NCBI GenBank assembly: GCA_951406725.2
Contig: OX597828.1
Span: 27,342,001-27,406,000 of the forward strand
Direction of reading: 5' to 3'
From: Octopus vulgaris
Taxonomy: Eukaryota
DNA: 64,000 nt
The notes beneath the pieces were generated by a model. The model was given only the letters and a program-made list of their open reading frames with translations, was not told the origin of the DNA and did not search any database. A program made the position numbers and the translations under genes. Below, piece after piece: positions 12,707-26,052 of the stretch (the first letter of the stretch is position 1; each line of letters begins with the position of its first letter).

Positions 12707-12967
12707 GTGAGTAACTCAAGAAGGAACTTCCGTAGCATTGAAGCTTTAAGAGGTGAATTGAGTTGTCTCCCCCTATAAGTAGAAATTGTTCTTGTTGGTG
12801 AAGCTTTAGGCATTCGTCTGCCTCTGTGGAGTTTGCCTTCCTACTGCATGGTATTATATTCAGTCCCACTGTGCATCTCCTTGGGTAGATGTCTCGTTCT
12901 AAAGCCTTGGGCCAACCAATGCTTTATGAGTGGACTTGTCTGCTGGAAACTGAAAGAATCCCAATGT

Positions 12968-13178
12968 GTTTGTGTGTATCTGTGTGTTTGTTCACGACTG
13001 TTGTTTGACAATTGATGTTGGTATATTTACATCCATGTAACTTTGTCGTTCTGCCAACTGGTGTCCAGTTTGTTTGTGTGTATCTGTGTATTTGTTCCAT
13101 ACTGTTGCTTGACACTTGCTGTTGGTATATTTACATCCATGTAACGTTGTCGTTCTGCCAACTGATGTCCAGTTTGTT
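12968..13178 (+). repeat. 104-bp tandem duplication inside a SINE A copy
   Basis: Units start at 12968 and 13072 (gtttgtgtgtatctgtg...gttctgccaactg). Confidence 0.85.
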
Positions 13179-13644
13179 TGTTGTTTGATTGATTCGGCGG
13201 GGAAGTATTGCCTAACTTGGAAATATACAAAACTTGATGTCAGGATGGGGATTCAGCCATGGAATCATTTACATTGAGAAAGCCATGTCAGATTCATGCA
13301 AACATGGAAAGTAGACATTAAAATTGCGATAAAGTTATGACGGCATCAATGATGATGACAATAAAATTGTAGGAAACTTCTCAAGATTTACAAAAACCTC
13401 TCCAAGTTTATTCAGAATCTGACAGAAGGCATTCCAAGCCTAATCTAACACATTCAGGCTATAGTTTAGTTACACTTTCCACCATCTTTAAACATTCTAC
13501 CTGGGTTTCACAAGCCTTTCATTGGTTTCGTTTTATTGTTGTCAAATGAGTTATAATCTTTGACACCATTGAAACCAAGGAACAACCTACTCGAAACATG
13601 TGAATGCAGTTCTCTTCTTTCACTTTCTTCTGTTTGGTGTCTTA

Positions 13645-14228
13645 CTCTTTTACTCTTTTCAGTCATTGGACTGTGGCCATGCTGGAGCACCGCCTTTAAT
13701 CGAGCAACTCGACCCCGGGACTTATTCTTTTGTAAGCCCAGTACTTATTCTATCGGTCTCTTTTGCCGAACCGCTAAGTTCGGATGCCCTTCCTAACACC
13801 AACCACTCCTTGAGTTTAGTGGGTGGTTTTTACATGCCACCAGCATGGGAGCCTATCAGGCGGCACTGGCATTGACCAAGCTCAAATGGTGCTTTTTATG
13901 TGCCTCTGGTATGGGTGCCAGTCAGGCAGTACTGGCATCGGCCACGACAGTGATTTTACTTGACTAAATAGGAAGGACATAAACACACCAGCAGCGGTTG
14001 TCAAGCAATGCTAGGGGGACAAACACAGACACACAAACACACACACGCATATATATATATATATACATATATACGATGGGCTTCTTTCAGTTTCCGTCTA
14101 CCAAATCCACTCACATGGCTTTGGTCGGCCCGAGGCTATAGTAGAAGACACTTGCCCAAGGTGCCACACAGTGGGACTGAACCCAGAACCATGTGGTTGG
14201 TAAACAAGCTACTTACCACACAGCCACT
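13645..14228 (-). mobile_element. SINE family A (young) interrupted by a ~190-bp insert at 13782-13972
   Basis: Reverse complement closely matches 20375-20910 on both sides of the insert. Confidence 0.85.
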
Positions 14229-14503
14229 CTTGCTCAAAGATTAAATATATTTTCTGTTGCAAACCAAAGTTTATGTCAGGTAGGGACTTAACTTCTGTCT
14301 TAGTTCACACTGAGATTGATGATGATAATAATAATAATAATAATAATGATAATAATAATAATTTGAAGCCAGGACATGAAACCAGAAGAAATGCCAAACT
14401 GCATTTTGTATACCATGCTAATATTTCTACCAGTTTATTGTTAAAGGAGTTATAATAATAATGATGATTTAAAAGTTTTGCACAAGGCCAGCAATTTTGG
14501 GGG

Positions 14504-15128
14504 AGAGCTATGTACAGGGACACTGTCAGTAAGGTGAAGGTTGGCAATGAGTATAGTGAAGAATTTGAGGTAGGAATAGGAGTCCACCAATGGTCAGTCC
14601 GCAGCCGTCTCTTATTCATCATAGTCCTCCAGACAATAACAGAGGAATTCACGACAGGTTTGCTCCTGGGAGCTCTACTATGCTGATGACCTTGCTCTGA
14701 TAGCTGAGTCCCTACCAGATCTAGAGAGGTTTCAAGTGTAGAAGCAAGGTCTAGAATCAAAGGGCCTTAGCATCAAGTTCCCTTCAATTGTCGGGCAATG
14801 TGCTGTGCTTGAGAAGACCTATTGAGTCAAATAAAATCACTGTCGTGGCTGATGCCAGTACTGCCTGACTGGCACCCATACCAGTGGCACATAAAAAGCA
14901 CCATTTGAGCATGGTCAATGCCAGTGCCGCCTGATAGGCTCCCGTGCTGGTGGCACGTAAAAACCACCCACTAAACTCAAGGAGTGGTTGGTGTTAGGAA
15001 GGGCATCCAGCTGTAAAAACATTGCCAGATCAGATTGGAGCCTGGTATGGCATCCTGGCTTGCCAGTCCCCAGTCAAACCATCCAACCCATGCCAGCATG
15101 GAAAGTGGCCGTTAAATGTGATGATGGT
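14504..15128 (+). mobile_element. Internally deleted RTE LINE: RT core fragment joined to a 3' UTR
   Basis: Translates with frameshifts to AMYRDTVSKVKVGNEYSEEF...ELYYADDLALIAES, matching the 945-aa ORF, and is followed by the RTE tail. Confidence 0.9.
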
Positions 15129-15320
15129 GGTGATAAGTTGATTACATTGACTTCAGTGCTCAAATGACACTTATTTTCATTGACCCTGAAAGGATGAAAG
15201 GCTAAGTTGACCTCAGCAGATTTTGAACTCAGAATGTAATGAAATGTTAAGCATTTTGTCCAGCATGCTAACAGTTCTGCCATCTCACCACTTCAATAAT
15301 AATATGAATAAGAAGTAACA

Positions 15321-15541
15321 CCCTTTAGTGTTCTCATTATTCTGCCAAAATTAATGCTTTTACATCCTCATTGTATTAAACTAATCATGCATTATCTTGT
15401 AGCTATGAGATTTTGATGAGGTAGCTGTTAATTTTTGAAACGATATTGTAGGGTTGGAGTAAGAGACCAGATCTGGCCAGTTTGAACATAAAACAGGTAG
15501 AATACTTTTGGCCGGATATGGCCGGTTTGAATGTTAAAGGG
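15321..15541 (-). mobile_element. piggyBac-like MITE (~220 bp)
   Basis: CCCTTTAG...TTAAAGGG termini, TTAA on the right; reverse complement of 53228-53447. Confidence 0.75.
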
Positions 15542-16005
15542 TTAAACCCTGCCCATTAATAAATTAGTGAAGTTAATTCCATTTTTCTCTTTTAACATTA
15601 AACATTTTCCAATTTATATTTACCTAATTCTATAAAAAGAAAAAAAGGCCTTTTATTTTCTCTTGGGAATATATTTCAATCATTTTCTTTATTTTTCGCA
15701 TCACTCTTGGTTTCTATTATATCCCTTGCCAATAATTTTTTTTTCACCTATATATATATATATATATATATATACACTTACACATACATACACACACACA
15801 CACACATGCATATATCGCTTGCAATCACTTTTGTTGCTTTAACTAAAGTCCATATTGCTCACAGACAAAATATTTTCATAACAGCAACTACAAAACAAAA
15901 AAAAGAAATCTTTACCCATAAAGAAATCATGATTTTAATCACTCTGAAAATAGAGAGAAAATTCTTTAATTGAAAAAAATTTCATATATATATATATACA
16001 CACAC

Positions 16006-16050
<45 letters not shown>

Positions 16051-16108
16051 AAATACACACACACACACACACATATATATAAACTACACACATACGTGTG
16101 TATATTTT

Positions 16109-16151
<43 letters not shown>

Positions 16152-16481
16152 GCTATTATGTAAAAGTGTTGTAAGACCAAAATGTTGCTTTTTCAGAAAA
16201 CGAAAAATTAGTTTCCATAGCAATACCATAGTACTACATTTTGATATCTTGGCATCTGACGCAGTTGGAGAGATGATAGTTTGACCAAAAGAACCGGCTA
16301 TTGCAAGCAAATTTAAATATTCGAAAAAGAACACATGTGGCCAAGTTTGGACATATGACAGTTTAACATGATAGCAACGATATATATATATATAATTAAA
16401 ATACATACACATATGTATGTATATACATACACATATGTATGTATATATATATATATACACACACATATATATCTTCATGAT

Positions 16482-16542
<61 letters not shown>

Positions 16543-16793
16543 CTGTTTGGGAAATTTTTCCTTCACTGGACTTTTGTGTTTTCATTTCTGACAAAGAGCT
16601 ATGCCCAAAAGCAATAAGAACCCACTCATCTTCCCACCTTTCCTGAACATTAAACTAATACATTCCATATATGTGTGTCCTCTTCTTGTTATTGTTATTT
16701 TTAATGTTCAATCATTAATTTGACATAATTATATTTATACACATATTTATACACATAACTATATTTATACACATACATACGCGTACAGACATA

Positions 16794-16849
<56 letters not shown>

Positions 16850-16851
<2 letters not shown>

Positions 16852-17079
16852 TTCTTTACTACCCACAAGGGGCTAAACATAGAGGGGACAAACAAGGACA
16901 GACAAAGGGATTAAATCGATCACATCGACCCCAGTGCATAACTGGTACTTAATTTATCGACCCCGAAAGGATGAAAGGCAAAGTCGACCTCGGCGGAATT
17001 TGAACTCAGAACACTTAACGGCAGACGAAATACGGCTACGCATTTCGCCCTCCGTGCTAACGTTTCTGCCAGCTCGCGC

Positions 17080-17080
<1 letters not shown>
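16850..17080 (-). mobile_element. SINE family C (Meta/MESC-like), young CpG-rich copy in (TA)n
   Basis: tggtacttaatttatcgaccccgaaaggatgaaaggcaaagtcgacctcggcggaatttgaactcag. Confidence 0.85.
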
Positions 17081-17132
<52 letters not shown>

Positions 17133-17634
17133 GTGTGTGTGTGTGTGCTTTATGAGTGAGCTATTCACTTCCCAACTGCATGATATTGGTTTCAATCCTA
17201 CTTCATACCACCTTGGGCAAGTGACTTTATCTATAGTTTGAGGCAATCCAAAGCCTTTACAGTGGATTCGGTAGATGGAAACAGAAGGAATCTTGTTTTT
17301 GCATGTATGAGTATGTGATTAATTTCATATTTCCCTAACTTTCAGCGGTTTCTAAATTACAGTATCTTGTCATCCATGCAAGTATGGAAAAATAGGCATT
17401 AAAAGAATGATGATCTTAATATATACATGTGTGTGTGTGTTTGCATGCATATGCATATGTGAATATACATGTATATTTATGTATAGTGTATATGTACATA
17501 TCCATATATACACATGTATCTTTTTTTAATCTTTTTTTTTTTAGTTTCAGCTCAGAGCTGCAGCCATGCTGATGCACTGCTGTTAAATGATCCTTCCGCA
17601 TATATATATATGTGTGCACATGTAGATGTATGTT

Positions 17635-17678
<44 letters not shown>

Positions 17679-17734
17679 GGTATATATATGTGTGTGTAAT
17701 TATATAGATATATGTATGTATATATATGTATGTG

Positions 17735-17958
17735 GCATGTAAAAAGTGCCATTCAAGCATGGTCGATGCCAGTACTACATGACTGGCCCTCGTGCTGGTG
17801 GCACATAAAGAGCACCCACTGCACTTTCTGAGTGGTTGGCGTTAGGAAAGGCATCCAGCTGTAGAAACTTTGCCAGACCAGATTGGAGCTTGGTGCAGCC
17901 TTCAGTCAAACTGTCCAACCTAAGCTAACATGGAAAGTGGACATTAAACAATGATGAT
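17735..17958 (+). mobile_element. RTE 3'-tail fragment
   Basis: Matches the LINE 3' end and ends in gatgat. Confidence 0.8.
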
Positions 17959-18140
17959 ATATATATATATGTGTGTGTGTGTGTCTATGTATATGTGTGT
18001 GTGTGGGTACATATATGTATATCTGGATATAGTTGCATAATGTATGTTATCTTGATATATATATATTCATGTGTGAATATATATCTATGCATTTGTTTGT
18101 TTGTGTGTGTGCACGCACACACAGACATGCACACACACAG

Positions 18141-18171
<31 letters not shown>

Positions 18172-18753
18172 CATGTATATTATATATATATATTTTAATT
18201 TGTTTTAATTTCTGTATGTGTAAGTCTTCTCATCATTGATGGAAACAAAACAGAAATATATTTCAGCCAACTTGTTTGGCTTCTTAAGCATAGCATCATC
18301 ATCTCTCTTTGATATAGCAGTATTTTTTTGTATTCAAAATTATTATTACTATTGTTTTTGGTGTAGAAATTAGAATCAGATCAGCAAACTCCATATAAGT
18401 GTGAAAAATATATAAAATGTAAATATATTCCATTATATTTTTATCATTTAGTATCATTTGTATTAAAGGGGAGATTCTTTCAAACAGATAAAATATATCA
18501 GTATTTTCTCTATTTATAATTTTTGCGTTCCTTAATTAATGTTACCCCCAAAACACACACACACACATGCACACTCTTCATGAGATGCATCATGGGAAAT
18601 AACATTTGATTTTGTCTGGAGGACTTCTTTATTACAGTGAGGTGTAAGATGAATTGAAAAAATAATTGTTTTTTCTGTGTTGTCTTTATGTATTTTTTGC
18701 TAGTTATTGATTGAAAATTTCACATATATACACACACACACATACATATAGAG

Positions 18754-18837
<84 letters not shown>

Positions 18838-19008
18838 ATATATACACAAATACTCACACACATATACATATATGTATGAGAAATCAATGTGAGACATGGA
18901 AACAATTAACAGAAAAAGAGAAATAAGCATGAAAATCCTCTCATCAGCCTTGCTCACCATACTCAAGTATAGTTTTGACACATTCAAAATCCAAAGACTT
19001 TAAATTCC

Positions 19009-19052
<44 letters not shown>

Positions 19053-19354
19053 TATATTCTTCACTACCATTGGAACTCACACACCAGATACAAGAAACTT
19101 CTTCACCACTTATATACACTATCCTACTTGAATAATGGAACTGAAAATATAATATCCATACATATCTCACTTGTATTTTCATTCTCTTACTTTCCTCTGT
19201 GTTTCATATCTTCTCTACAATAATTAATACTCAAACATTTTCTCTCACCATCTCTGATGAAGGGATATATGAAATATATTGGAAACAGCTGTAAAACATT
19301 TTCTTAATTGTTCTGAAAACTAGTTACAGCCTTGGATTTTTTTATCTCATATGT

Positions 19355-19662
19355 GGAGGTGCAATGGCCCAGTGGTTAGGGTAGCGGATTCACAGTCGTA
19401 GGATCACGGTTTCGATTCCCAGACCGGGCGTTGTGAGTGTTTATTGAGCGAAAACACCTAAAAGCTCCACGAGACTCCGGCAGGAGGTAGTGGCAATCCC
19501 TGCTGTACTCTTTCGCCGCAACTTTCTCTCACTCTTTCTTCTGTAGGCCTGCTCGCTTAGCCAGCGGGGTGGCGTCATTTGAAGGCTAAAACAATGCGAA
19601 GCGCATTGGGACCAGCGATGTGTAGCAACATCTGATAGCCTGGTCGGTCACTGTAATCATGG
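19355..19662 (+). mobile_element. tRNA-derived SINE family B
   Basis: A-box tggcccagtggttagg and B-box-like ggtttcgattccc; closely similar to 32101-32405. Confidence 0.85.
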
Positions 19663-20374
19663 TAATATATAAATATACACACACACAATCACACATTTAT
19701 ACACAGACACATACATAATGGGCAGCTATACAGTTTCTGTCCATCAAATTTCACTCTGAAGGTTTGGTGAAATTCTAGGTGTTTGTAAAAGATGGTTGCC
19801 AAAGATGCTATGCAGTGGCATTGTGCCCAAACTTAGACGCATGCAAAACGAGCTTCTTAACCACCCGGCCATTCTTGCACCCAGAATCTTGCAGTTCGTA
19901 GAGGTTTTGCAGAACCCTGCTTGTAAAAACTACTAACAAAACCTTCCAGTTTTCTTCCTTAACTTATTTTAATAAACCACTAAAAGTAATTACAGAATTA
20001 ATTGCAATATTTAGCAGTTAGGGTACTCAGCTCATAATTGTAATGTACCTGGTGGATCATTCTGTCCTTGAGCAAGACACTTTATTTCATGTTGCTCCAA
20101 TCCTTCCACCTGGCAAAAATGAGTTGTACCTGCCACATTCCATGGCAGCCTTGTCGCATTCAGTCTGCCATGTTGAGTGTCTCTGAAAACTCCATGAAGA
20201 GTATGTGGTGTGTCCAAACCCTTCTATGTTAATTTCCTGAATCAGCTGTTCCATATATTTGGTCAACTGGAACATTCGTCTTCCTAACCAATGGAGATGC
20301 CAGAAGATATTATTCTCAGGAAAGAGTTCAATACTAAGCAGAAACCCAACAATTTCAAGATCTGTATCTTAATA

Positions 20375-20554
20375 GGCGCAGGAGTGGCTGTGTGGTAAGT
20401 AGCTTGTTTACCAACCACATGGTTCTGGGTTCAGTCCCACTGTGTGGCACCTTGGGCAAGTGTCTTCTACTATAGCCTCAGGCTGACCAAAGCCTTGTGA
20501 GTGGATTTGGTAGATGGAAACTGAAAGAAGCTCGTCGTATATATGTATGTTATG

Positions 20555-20640
<86 letters not shown>

Positions 20641-20647
20641 AATATAT

Positions 20648-20695
<48 letters not shown>

Positions 20696-20910
20696 TTGTG
20701 TGTCTGTTTGTCCCCCTGGCATTGCTTGACAACCGATGCTGGTGTGTTTATGTCCCCGTTACTTAGCGGTTCGGCAAAAGAGACCGATAGAATAAGTACT
20801 GGGTTTACAAAAGAATAAGTCCTGGGGTCGAGTTGCTTGATTAAAGGCGGTGCTCCAGCATGGCCACAGTCAAATGACTGAAACAAGTAAAAGAGTAAAA
20901 AGAGTAAAAG
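20375..20910 (+). mobile_element. SINE family A, best copy: tRNA-like head, CORE-like caccttgggcaagtg, internal (TA)n, 3' half, (gtaaaaga)n tail
   Basis: Pol III box-like motifs; more than 10 related copies in the window. Confidence 0.85.
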
Positions 20911-22026
20911 AGTAATCTTTTACTAGAATTTTTGTCAGCTCTTAGAGAAGACGAGTTCATATTCATCTTCTCTTTTGTACCAAAGTTATGAATATTTCTG
21001 TCTGATACAGAAACCAGTTGATGATAATTGCGGAAAACAACACTCAGCATATAAATGGCTAAATTCAGAATATGTAAACATATTTAGATTTGTCATGGAA
21101 ATCTTTGGAAATTAAAAGACTATTGTTTAAACTGTTTCATCTGGTCAATCACTATTTGTTGGGAATGGGGTTGATTTTCTTTTTTGTCTTTTATGTTTTG
21201 TGGGGTTTTTCCGTTTCCTTTTTGTTTTGTTTTTTTAGGTTTTTTTTTTTGCTTTTTTTTTGTTACTGCTTTTTGAATTATTTTGTTTTCATCTTTCTTC
21301 TCTGCCACCTCCATCATCACCACCACCACCACCACAACAACAACAGCAACTTCAATTATTGATTCTGTATGTATTCCTCTAATAAGAATTACCAATCTTT
21401 ACTTCATAAAATGCTAAACAGTCTACCTCTCATTCACTATCTCTGTATATAGAAATACACACACATACACATATCTTCTCTAGCCTTCGTTGATAAAGAT
21501 TGCTCTGTGATCCTTTCAATATTTATTTATTTACTTATCCATTTGTTTGCTTCCATCTTACATCCCTGTAGTTGAATTCTTACTTTCAATGCCAAAGGTG
21601 TCATTTTGTTTAGTTTTTCAGAGTATTTTGTTTTATTATTATTATTTACCAGTCTTTCATAGGTTTCTTTCTTCAAAATTTGTGGTGCCTTTTTTTTTTT
21701 TTTGTCTTTTAAGTATATAGAATTCTCCTCCAGAATAATTTTGGTTCATCTGTATGTATGTATGTATGCATGTATATTTGTGTGTGTGTGTGTATCTATA
21801 TCTATCAATATATATATATATATATGTGTGTGAAGTTTTTGTTTTGTGTTTTGATGCTCCTTAATATAATTCTCTCTGTCCTGCTGAGGGTCTTTGAATA
21901 GAATCATGAATTTCTTTATATTCTTTGTTTTTATGTTTACATGATGTTTACTAATAATATTTATCCTTCCCCTTTCTCTAACTGGACTCTTTTGTGCAGT
22001 GTTCTCATTAAAATCTGTCTTCTTAG

Positions 22027-22082
22027 GGCAGTTTATGGATCCATTGTTGGTCATTCTAAGGGAACAGAGGGAAGGAAAATGA
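22027..22082 (+). CDS. Candidate terminal exon xQFMDPLLVILREQREGK*
   Basis: ctgtcttcttag| acceptor, purine-rich body, AATAAA near 22109. The phase-2 frame is also open to 22141. Confidence 0.25.
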
Positions 22083-22488
22083 AAAAACAGATCATAAAAC
22101 AAAAAGGAAATAAAGTCATAGATTTGCTGTGGAAAGCCTAAGGTTTAATATAAGCAACAAGTTCAAGACTTCTAGTAAGCAGAGTTTGTAGAGAGAGAAT
22201 TCTTCAGTAAGTGTATCTGTTTGTCTAGGTACAGGTATGGCCATGTAGCTTAGCTAAGCAGTTTGTTTCATAACCACTTGGTTCCAAATTTGATTCTGCT
22301 CTACAACACATTCTGTGAATATCTTCTATAATAGCACCAAATTTACCAGTTCCTTCTAAGTGGACATCAGGAGGCTGAAACTGTGCAGAATCTCATCATA
22401 TATATACATACATGTGTGCATGTATCATCATCATCATCTTCTTATGACCAGTTTCCTTAGAGCCACAGATTGGATGATTCAGAAGGAT

Positions 22489-22905
22489 CAGGGCCACAGT
22501 GAAACCCAAAGAAGTCCTAAGCATTTAAAAGATTTTGGTGTCCCCGTATATATGGAATTCAAAATATGATCTTTAATAAACCATAGAGTAAATTTTTATT
22601 TTTCAAAATGAAACAAAGCTAACAATAAGATGGAAAATTATGCTTATTCTTGTAGACTACCATTTAATGTGTATTTGAAAAGTTTTTTTCCTACTTTTTT
22701 TAATTGTGAAGTCTTTGATCAGATCCTCAAAATCTTCCATAACACGTCTGCTTCTATACTTAGAAGAGATAAGGCATCCCAAATATTATTTCAACAAGCA
22801 ATTTCTTTTGTGCCATTAACCATTTACCATTTCTGTGGTTCCTTTCCCGCTTATTTTGGTGTCCTAAGCATGCGCTTATTTTGCTTAATGGTTAATCCAG
22901 CACTG
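22489..22905 (-). mobile_element. hAT deletion derivative retaining a C-terminal dimerisation-domain remnant
   Basis: Minus strand reads DALSLLSIEADVLWKI/FEDLIKDFTIKKSRKK; CAG..CTG termini; no clear 8-bp TSD. Confidence 0.65.
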
Positions 22906-23084
22906 CGCAGGCCATCTTGCACCAATGTCTCAGTTTTGGCATTGCTGCTAATGACAACCAATTTACAGAGTGAACTGGGTACTGGTGCTTTTTCCATGAC
23001 ATTAGCACTGGTAAAATCATCTTTCAACACTAAGCATCAGTTGAATATAGAGTGGCAATAAGAAATTAGAACAACGAAGGAATA

Positions 23085-23700
23085 AACAGATCAATTACCT
23101 CGACCCCAATTTTTAACTGGTACTTCTTTTATCAACCACAAAAGGATGACAGGCGGGGTTGACTTCAGTGGAATTTGAACTCAGATTATACAAACAGAAG
23201 AAATGTCACTAAGCATTTTGCCCAGTGGGCTAAGAATTCTGCTAGCTTCACTGCCTTAATAATAATAATGATAATAATAATAATAATAATAATAATAATC
23301 CTTTCTACTAAAGGCACAAGTCTTGAAATTTTGTAGGGAGGGCACTAGTTGACTATTAATCCCAGTGTTTCCCTGGTATTTGATTTATCAGCCCCAAAAG
23401 GATGAAAACGCAAAGTCAGCCCCTGTGGCATTTGAACTCAGAATGCAAGGATGGGTGAAATACCACTAAGCATTTTCCTGGCATGCTAACAATTCTGCCA
23501 CCTCACCACCTTAATAATAATAATAATAATAGTTTCAATTTTTTCTGCTACAGGCACACAGCCTGAAATTTGGCCGGAAGGGTCTGATCAGTTACATTGA
23601 CCACAGAGCTCAACTGGTGTTTATTTTGGCAACCACAAAAAAGATGAAGAGCAAAGTGAAACTCAGTTTGTAATGAAGGAAAGACGCTAAGCAGTTTGCT
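23085..23700 (-). mobile_element. Three tandem diverged SINE C copies separated by (AAT)n
   Basis: Repeated aaggatga...tttgaactcag...ctaagcatttt motifs. Confidence 0.75.
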
Positions 23701-23719
23701 TAATATGTTAAGGAGTCTA

Positions 23720-24100
23720 CCAGCAGCTAATTGTTTGCATCTTTTTGTCTCGGAAGACAATGGAGTGGCGCATAAGTATTTTGCAGGCCTGGGCTAGGTG
23801 TAAGAAAATTCTGGGTAGCCCAGTCATCAGGATTCCTCCCTCAACCTTGCTGACATAGTCCAAAGGAGTGCAGAGCATTACGTTGGGCATCAGCTTGGTT
23901 GCAGGAGCTGCTGGAAGAGTGTCGAGTTGAACACTAAACCGCCTACAGGGCTCCACTCTGGATTTCTTTGAAGGTTGTCTCCTTTCTGTAACCCTGGATA
24001 GGGGCCCATACCAGGTACTGTCAGCCAGAGCCAGCTGAGCCTGGGACTCATGTCAGGCAGGGTCGTCACTCACTGAAGTAGTGAAGAAAATCGCTACCAG
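23720..24100 (-). mobile_element. GC-rich repeat, probable RTE-clade 5' UTR fragment
   Basis: ccttgctgacatagtccaaagga...cagcttggttgcaggag...ctccactctggattt resembles RTE 5' regions as I recall them; not verified. Confidence 0.4.
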
Positions 24101-24684
24101 CTAATAATGAGAGTACCATTGGTTTAAAATTTTGGCTCCAGACCAGGAGCTTTCAGGAGCCGAGTAAGTTGTTACATCAACTTGAGGGATCGATCATCTG
24201 GCACTTATTTTATCGCGCCCCGAAAGGATGAAAGACAAAGTTAACCTTGGCAGAATTTGAAATCAGAATGTAAAGATATGAAATGCAACTAAACATTGTC
24301 TACAGAGCTAACAATTCTGGCAGCTTGCTCCTGCCTCACCATAATAAAAATAATATAAATACTTGGTTCTAGTTTTCATGCACAGCCAAAAAATTTGGAG
24401 GCAGGGATTTAGTTGGAAGTTGTGTTGGTGGAAACTAATGATCTTCGTGATATTGTTGTTGCTGGTGATGTTGGTTGTGCTCCTATCGTTGTCGGCAGTG
24501 GGAGTGGAGCCTTGTCATGTTGTTGTTGCTATCTCTGGAATTTATTCTTGTATGTTTTTTTTTGCCTTTAATCTTCGTTTTTGTCTCTTTATTGCTGCAA
24601 TGTTTCTATTGATAAGTTTTTATTTCATCCCTCTTTTTCCATCTCTCTCTCTCTGTCTCTCTCACATGCACACATAAAACACAC

Positions 24685-24720
<36 letters not shown>

Positions 24721-25116
24721 TCACACGCACACACACAAGTTAGTCTCTGCTATTTCTGCTTTGTCTCTTAATTCATACAGTTACTTGCATTTATACCATC
24801 TCTCATTCATTATCTTTGTTTTGTGTTTAGGGGATTATTTTTTCCCCATTTTTCTTTATTTCTTCCCATCTATAATAGCAAATGCCAGTCTGTACTTTAC
24901 AATCATCTCTCAGAAAAATATCTTCTGATTGTCAACAGATAGAATTTTTCTGGTCATATTCTACAACTTGTCAAAAGAACCATTTTTGCAAGACATTTGA
25001 TTGTTGTTGTTATCATCAACTGGGCATTTGGACTGTTACTCTCCTGCCTTATTTTCCAGAAGTTTCATCTATTTATGTGTATATGTGTGAGTGTTTGTGT
25101 GCATATATACACATGC

Positions 25117-25155
<39 letters not shown>

Positions 25156-25178
25156 ATATGCACATATATACATCTATC

Positions 25179-25225
<47 letters not shown>

Positions 25226-25829
25226 ATATATGCACATATATACATCTATCTACATAATATATACAAATATATATATATATATATATATTAATGTATATAT
25301 TGATATATGTATGCACACATACGCTCTCACACATACATATATATATATATTTACACACGCAGACACACATTTGTGTGTGTCATGAAAATAGCTTTTGTGC
25401 AACAAACGATTACTTAAAAAATGTTACCATAACAATACTAGACTGTATTTTTTTATTTTAATCTTTATAGTTTTTTTTCTCTTTTTTCTTTTCTTTTCTT
25501 TTTTTCTTTTGCTCTGAACATGAAACACAATAAGTTTTGTACCTTAAAATGGTTTAATTGCTTTCAACTAAAAGAACTCTGGGTCTAATTTTCGTAATTG
25601 GTAATATATTCATACCCATATAGTATAAACAAGTCTCACGAGAGCAGTTACTTTCTGGACCAATCTCTCTCCCTACAAAAAAATAAAAAATATGCTAATA
25701 TTAATAATAATAATGATAATAATAGTAATAATAATAATAATAGTAATAATAATGATAATAATAATGGCAGAATAATAAAAATGTCATATGGATGCTTTTA
25801 ATAAATACATACCTTGTTATTCTTTAAAC

Positions 25830-25884
<55 letters not shown>

Positions 25885-26014
25885 TAGATATGTGTGTGTA
25901 TATGTATATATACATATATATGTATATATATATATTTGTATATATATACATGTGCATATATACGTATATACATACATGTATATATACTTGTGTATGCATA
26001 TATATATATATATG

Positions 26015-26052
<38 letters not shown>

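Noticed and set aside
19355-19430. tRNA gene (also 32101, 20375, 60290)
   Set aside because: tRNA-like heads continue into shared SINE bodies and no complete cloverleaf is evident.
843-22082. Naming the host gene (SERCA, Kv3, casein kinase 1 and Quaking considered because they have alternative C-termini)
   Set aside because: No convincing sequence similarity and no conserved domain exon in the window.
25150-25255. Short duplicated units within TA tracts (also 29130-29330)
   Set aside because: Ordinary microsatellite slippage.
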